Assembly: GCA_041649045.1 (NCBI GenBank)
Contig: JBAZNV010000001.1
Span: 286,728-350,727, forward strand
Length of the DNA stretch: 64,000 bases
Direction of reading: 5' to 3'
DNA from: Candidatus Pacearchaeota archaeon
Lineage (GTDB): Archaea > Nanobdellota > Nanobdellia > Pacearchaeales > GW2011-AR1
The stretch's first letter is position 1, and every line of letters begins with the position of its first letter. Below the pieces are notes generated by a model that saw nothing but the letters and a program-made list of their open reading frames with translations, did not search any database and was not told where the DNA came from. Below, piece by piece: positions 60,015-64,000 of the stretch. The position numbers and the translations under genes were made by a program.

Positions 60015-60320
60015 ATGGCAAAAGAAAAACAGCAAGAAAAAAAACAACAGGAAAAAAAACAGGGCGGTTCTAAAGGTTCCGAAAAGCTTACAGACGAAGG
60101 TGCTGTACCTGCAATTGTCGAAGCAACGCTGGGAAGAAGCGGAGCAAAAGGAGAAATAACCCAGGTAAAATGCAAAATCCTTCAGGGGAAAAACAGGGGA
60201 AAATCAATCAGGCGAAACGTTCGTGGGCCTGTCAGGAAAAGAGATATTTTAATGCTTAGAGAAACCGAGATTGAAGCAAGAAGAATTATGAAAAAAATAA
60301 ACAAGGGGGTACAGAGCTGA
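60015..60320 (+). CDS. rps28e: Ribosomal protein S28e with a K/Q/E-rich N-terminal extension
   Basis: GRSGAKGEITQVKC...RRNVRGPVRKRDILMLRETEIEARR. Confidence 0.93.
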   Translation: MAKEKQQEKKQQEKKQGGSKGSEKLTDEGAVPAIVEATLGRSGAKGEITQVKCKILQGKNRGKSIRRNVRGPVRKRDILMLRETEIEARRIMKKINKGVQS

Positions 60321-60493
60321 TGATAGTAGTTAATAGTTCTGATAGAGAATGTCCATATAAACGATTATGTGTAGATAAAGAAAATGAGTCTTCGAGATGC
60401 AAAAAAGATTATGAAAATTGTAGTGTATACCAAAGAATATTAGATAGTGATTTAATGTTTGATACTTGCCAATTGCTGGAGGCAATAATTTAA
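60320..60493 (+). CDS. 57-aa Cys-rich protein, absent from the ORF track
   Basis: ATG overlaps the S28e stop (TGATG); stop lies 1 nt before the L24e ATG; five Cys. Confidence 0.6.
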   Translation: MIVVNSSDRECPYKRLCVDKENESSRCKKDYENCSVYQRILDSDLMFDTCQLLEAII

Positions 60494-60494
60494 A

Positions 60495-60686
60495 ATGCCA
60501 GTCTGTTCATTTTGCAAAACCCAATACGAAATTCCAAGAGGAATTACCGTCGTCCAAAAAGATGGCTCCATAAAATTCTTTTGTTCTTCCAAATGCAGAA
60601 AAAATTCCGAAATGGGAAGACAGTCAAAAAAAGTTAAGTGGGTGAAAAAAGCCAAAAAGGGCGAAAAGAAAGAAGAAAAAGAGTAA
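60495..60686 (+). CDS. rpl24e: Ribosomal protein L24e
   Basis: CSFC...PRGITVVQKDGSIKFFCSSKC...KVKW. Confidence 0.93.
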   Translation: MPVCSFCKTQYEIPRGITVVQKDGSIKFFCSSKCRKNSEMGRQSKKVKWVKKAKKGEKKEEKE

Positions 60687-60815
60687 GATTATTATTGGTT
60701 TATATAAGCAAATAGTCACAACGAGTATCCATAATGTTATTGTAAAAAATTTATTGTAACTATATAGTGTTAACAAAATAGAAAAATTTAAAAACCGCAT
60801 TTCTGTAAATTTTAC

Positions 60816-61640
60816 ATGAGGAATAAAACTTCATGGCTTGAAAGAATAATTGTAGGTATTGGGTCTATCTTGGGGTCTTCAAACGCGCTCGCAGAAGAAA
60901 TAGCTTATGTCGCAAATCCAACTCAAAGTTCTACAAAGACTATAGAAGTTGAGCCAAAAAGTGGAACTTCTTTTTATATTGAACAAACTTTAGGAACAAA
61001 TTATGTTTTTTCTGGCTCAGGGGCGATCGTAGCAAAAAAAGATCCAAGAAATCATAGTGGCGTAAGTCAGACTTATTTTGGCGTTACAAGAAATAATATA
61101 ACCGGGTGGATATGGGGAAATTATGATTTTGAGGATGCCAAATCCGGGAATGGATTCCACGAGTTAGATGCTGGCATAGAATACACTCAAGCAATTAATG
61201 ACTTTATTTCTGTTACCGGTGGAGGGGCTGTATGGATGTATCCTTCTGAATTCTTAGGTGAAAATTCAGAGTATATAGTTTATGGGAAAACCTCATTAAA
61301 AACTATGGGTATTAATTTTGATATTGCAGCGACAAACTTGTTTGCTCACGATAAAGTCAGTTCCGGGCAATGTTACACCATGAGAGCTTCAAAAAATTTT
61401 GATCTATGTAAAATTGCAGGATTTAATGTAGTTATTTCTCCGAGAATTGAGGGTGGATTCACAGATACTTTTTATGATGGTCAGTCATTTGGATTGAGAG
61501 CAATAAATACTGGAGCAGATTTAACTTTGTCAAAAAAAGATAGTCCATTATCCGTGAAATTTTCTTACACGCATCAAGATGGGAAAAATGGCACAGACGA
61601 TTTTGATTACGCAAGTGTTTCATTTGGGGCTATGTTTTAA
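60816..61640 (+). CDS. Secreted beta-strand-rich protein resembling a bacterial outer-membrane beta-barrel
   Basis: ALA|EE signal cleavage site; alternating aromatic/Gly strands (ELDAGIEYT, SVKFSYTHQ); terminal YASVSFGAMF. Confidence 0.55.
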   Translation: MRNKTSWLERIIVGIGSILGSSNALAEEIAYVANPTQSSTKTIEVEPKSGTSFYIEQTLGTNYVFSGSGAIVAKKDPRNHSGVSQTYFGVTRNNITGWIWGNYDFEDAKSGNGFHELDAGIEYTQAINDFISVTGGGAVWMYPSEFLGENSEYIVYGKTSLKTMGINFDIAATNLFAHDKVSSGQCYTMRASKNFDLCKIAGFNVVISPRIEGGFTDTFYDGQSFGLRAINTGADLTLSKKDSPLSVKFSYTHQDGKNGTDDFDYASVSFGAMF

Positions 61641-61997
61641 TTTTCTTAACTCTTCAAATTCGCCATAATTCTGGGTGATTTCTTTATTTTTCCTTATGTC
61701 TCTTACTGCTATTAATTTATTGTCTTCTATTGTTATATTCCCATTAACGCTATGATTGCAAAATCTAATATCATCAAAAGACAAATGCCATATTTTCCTG
61801 TTTTTATCGAAATATCCATAATGTTTTATCGTGCATTTTTCATCATCCAGTAATTTTAAAAAATTTTTTTCAGTTAATAATAAATCAAGTTTTTCATTTA
61901 TCGAGTAAACAATTTTGCCTTTAGAGATGTCTTCATTAGCAAACAAACCAATACCATGAATTTTACTTTCGCTGAGTTTTATTTTGACATGAAACAT
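61620..61997 (-). CDS. SET domain protein (lysine methyltransferase-like)
   Basis: SKIHGIGLFA, RFCNHS and AVRDIRKNKEITQNY motifs. Confidence 0.88.
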   Translation of the reverse strand: MFHVKIKLSESKIHGIGLFANEDISKGKIVYSINEKLDLLLTEKNFLKLLDDEKCTIKHYGYFDKNRKIWHLSFDDIRFCNHSVNGNITIEDNKLIAVRDIRKNKEITQNYGEFEELRKLKHSPK

Positions 61998-63059
61998 TTA
62001 ACTAAAGCTCTCCACCTTTTTCAATAATTCTTTCGCTTTTTTATCTTCTTTAAAATGTTTCCTGACGGGCTCTAAAAATTCATTTATATATTTAGCCGTT
62101 GCTTTTTTCAAATCTAATGGGTGAATTTTTTTATCAACAAACGCATTTTTTAATTCTTCATAAGAATCAAAAGAAATGTTCCCGCCAAATTTTTCTGGCC
62201 TTTCTATTTCAAATTTAGAAATTTTTTCAAAAACAATATATTTGCAATATTCGAAAATAGGGTTATCTGTTATTTGGCCTTCGGGACAATATGCTTTTTT
62301 TATTTTTCTTTCGACTTCCTCGACGCTATCCGTCATGAAGATCGCAGAGTCGGGATTAGATTTAGACATTTTTTTTGCAATGGCAGCTTCTACCCCTGTC
62401 AAATCGGTTTTAGGTTCAGTCAAACCCATAAGCATGTGATGATGAACTGCGATAGGTTTTGGCAAATTTAATTTTGGCGCTACTTCTCTCGCGAGAACGT
62501 TTATTTTTCTCTGATCCATCCCCAATTGAGCAACGTTAGCATTCAGCTGAAAAATATCACTGGCTTGCATGCAAGGGTAAAAAATTTGCGCAGCAGAAAG
62601 ATTGTCTTTCTCGCCTCTGCCCATTATCTGCGAGCATCTTGTTATTCTATCAACAGAATTCAATCTTGCAATCTTAACAACTCTAAGCCAATAATCTGAA
62701 TCCATGTTTTCTGAAGCCCACAAAAATTCAACGTTTTTCAAATCCATCCCGCAAGTTTTCCAAACTTCAATAAAATATTCTCCTACGATTTTTATTTTTT
62801 CTAAGTCTCCACCCATTTTGTTATTCATTAAAGCAAACCAATCTGCTACCCAAAATTTAAAATGAACTCCGGCTTTGGTTAATTTATTGACAGTAATTGC
62901 CCGCAAAAGTCCCTGAGCGATGTGTATTTTCCCTGAAGGTTCAAAACCATCGTAAGCAATAAGTTTTTTCTTTGTCTTAAGAAGTTCGATAAGTTCATCT
63001 TCGCCGATTATCTCTTCACCCACTTCTTTTATTAACTTCAATCTTTCCTCAACGTCCAT
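61998..63059 (-). CDS. tyrS: Tyrosyl-tRNA synthetase (archaeal/eukaryotic type)
   Basis: YDGFEPSGKIHIAQ, YPCMQASD, GMDQRK, KMSKS and HPLDLK motifs. Confidence 0.96.
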   Translation of the reverse strand: MDVEERLKLIKEVGEEIIGEDELIELLKTKKKLIAYDGFEPSGKIHIAQGLLRAITVNKLTKAGVHFKFWVADWFALMNNKMGGDLEKIKIVGEYFIEVWKTCGMDLKNVEFLWASENMDSDYWLRVVKIARLNSVDRITRCSQIMGRGEKDNLSAAQIFYPCMQASDIFQLNANVAQLGMDQRKINVLAREVAPKLNLPKPIAVHHHMLMGLTEPKTDLTGVEAAIAKKMSKSNPDSAIFMTDSVEEVERKIKKAYCPEGQITDNPIFEYCKYIVFEKISKFEIERPEKFGGNISFDSYEELKNAFVDKKIHPLDLKKATAKYINEFLEPVRKHFKEDKKAKELLKKVESFS

Positions 63060-63102
63060 TAAAAAAACAAGATTAGAAGTTATTTAAAGTTTATTCTCTT
63101 TT

Positions 63103-64000
63103 TTATTTTTTTAATTTGCTTATTCCCTTTCTTGCAATTTCAGTTAAAATAGATTTTCTTTTTCTTTCATTTGAACACATAACGTCTCTGATTGATATTG
63201 GTTCTCCAAAATCAAGATAGCATTTTCCCCTATTTTGCCTCGCCATAATTCCTTCGACAAAACGATAACCATACGATAATACATCTGTAGCAAAGTAAGC
63301 ATAATCAAAAAATTGCTTTCTAAATTCTGATTTTGACATGTCTCTTCTACTTTTTAGCCACCACGCAGCATCCAGAAAACGCAAATCAGGATTATGTTCA
63401 TAAGCAATATGCATCGGAACAAGCTGTATGTCTCTTTTTGATTCAGATTCTATCGTTCTGATTACCTGTCCAAAAACTCCAGATCGAAACCTCCCTTCTT
63501 CCTCGCGAGGATTTCTTCCTCCATCGGGATAGACCAAAGTACTTTTCCCTTGTCCCAAAAGATACAAAACAAAATTATTGAAACCACGAAGATACTGCAT
63601 ACTCTTGTTATTTCTGTCAATTGGCACTGCCCCTGCCTTTTCCCAGAGTTTTTTAAATGGCCATTTGAATAAATTAGAACCAGCAATAAATCTTGGAAAT
63701 TCCTCGGGGCCTTTTATTACTCTTCTCCATATTATATATGCTTCCACCAAAAAATCGGACATACTAACGTGATTCGAAACATAAAGTTTTTGGGCATCTC
63801 CAATTTTGCGCACATTTTCTATTCCCGTAACAACAAAATCAGAATAAAGAAAATTAAATAAATGGGCCTCTTCCGCTTTTTCGATTGCTCGTTCTAATTC
63901 TTCAGGATTGAACGTATCTCTTCTCCCATTATAATGTTGTTCAAGCGAAACTACTCCTTCTCTTAAAGCCTTGTCTAAAGAAATAATTCTTCCTTCTTCT
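63103..64000 (-). CDS. PlsC/LPLAT-family acyltransferase, 5'-truncated by the window edge
   Basis: VTGIENV, YVSNHVSMSD (HxxxxD), GAVPIDR and YPDGGR motifs; frame is open from 63813 to the window end. Confidence 0.8.
   Translation of the reverse strand, partial: EEGRIISLDKALREGVVSLEQHYNGRRDTFNPEELERAIEKAEEAHLFNFLYSDFVVTGIENVRKIGDAQKLYVSNHVSMSDFLVEAYIIWRRVIKGPEEFPRFIAGSNLFKWPFKKLWEKAGAVPIDRNNKSMQYLRGFNNFVLYLLGQGKSTLVYPDGGRNPREEEGRFRSGVFGQVIRTIESESKRDIQLVPMHIAYEHNPDLRFLDAAWWLKSRRDMSKSEFRKQFFDYAYFATDVLSYGYRFVEGIMARQNRGKCYLDFGEPISIRDVMCSNERKRKSILTEIARKGISKLKK

Noticed and set aside
1153..63772. Many short antisense or overlapping ORFs in the track (e.g. 1153-1452, 3278-3658, 14600-14992, 46587-47015, 58215-58634)
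   Set aside because: They overlap well-supported genes and have the F/S/L/I-rich composition typical of shadow frames in AT-rich DNA.
1..64000. Additional DGR variable repeats elsewhere in the window
   Set aside because: None seen by eye; a BLASTN of the TR against the whole genome is needed to exclude remote targets.

Overview
AT-rich archaeal chromosome segment. Archaeal-type GluRS, ProRS, TyrRS, Kae1, deoxyhypusine synthase, L7Ae/S28e/L24e, an S-layer gene, TATA-type promoters and many short ORFans suggest a DPANN archaeon, probably Pacearchaeota/Woesearchaeota-like (inference). Housekeeping genes are interspersed with bacterial-type genes: LeuRS, uvrA/uvrC, DisA, ppsA, a PlsC-like acyltransferase and a beta-barrel-like protein. 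The main feature is a minus-strand diversity-generating retroelement (DGR) at about 16.2-19.9 kb, ordered RHH regulator, MoxR-like AAA ATPase, target gene with VR and GAA-loop hairpin, template repeat (TR), reverse transcriptase. TR and VR differ only at TR adenines (10 of 10 mismatches), except that the TR carries an extra 27 nt. That insert folds into a bulge-helix-bulge (BHB) motif, and cutting at the canonical archaeal tRNA-splicing positions restores exact colinearity with the VR. This suggests a DGR whose template RNA is processed by the host tRNA splicing machinery; I do not know of a described example, and splicing itself is inferred. The window also holds a BHB-intron tRNA-Glu(CTC) with a one-gene island at its 3' end, a LeuRS with an inserted serine-hydrolase domain, and a DisA + DHH gene pair. 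All family assignments come from motif recognition by eye; no database searches were run.
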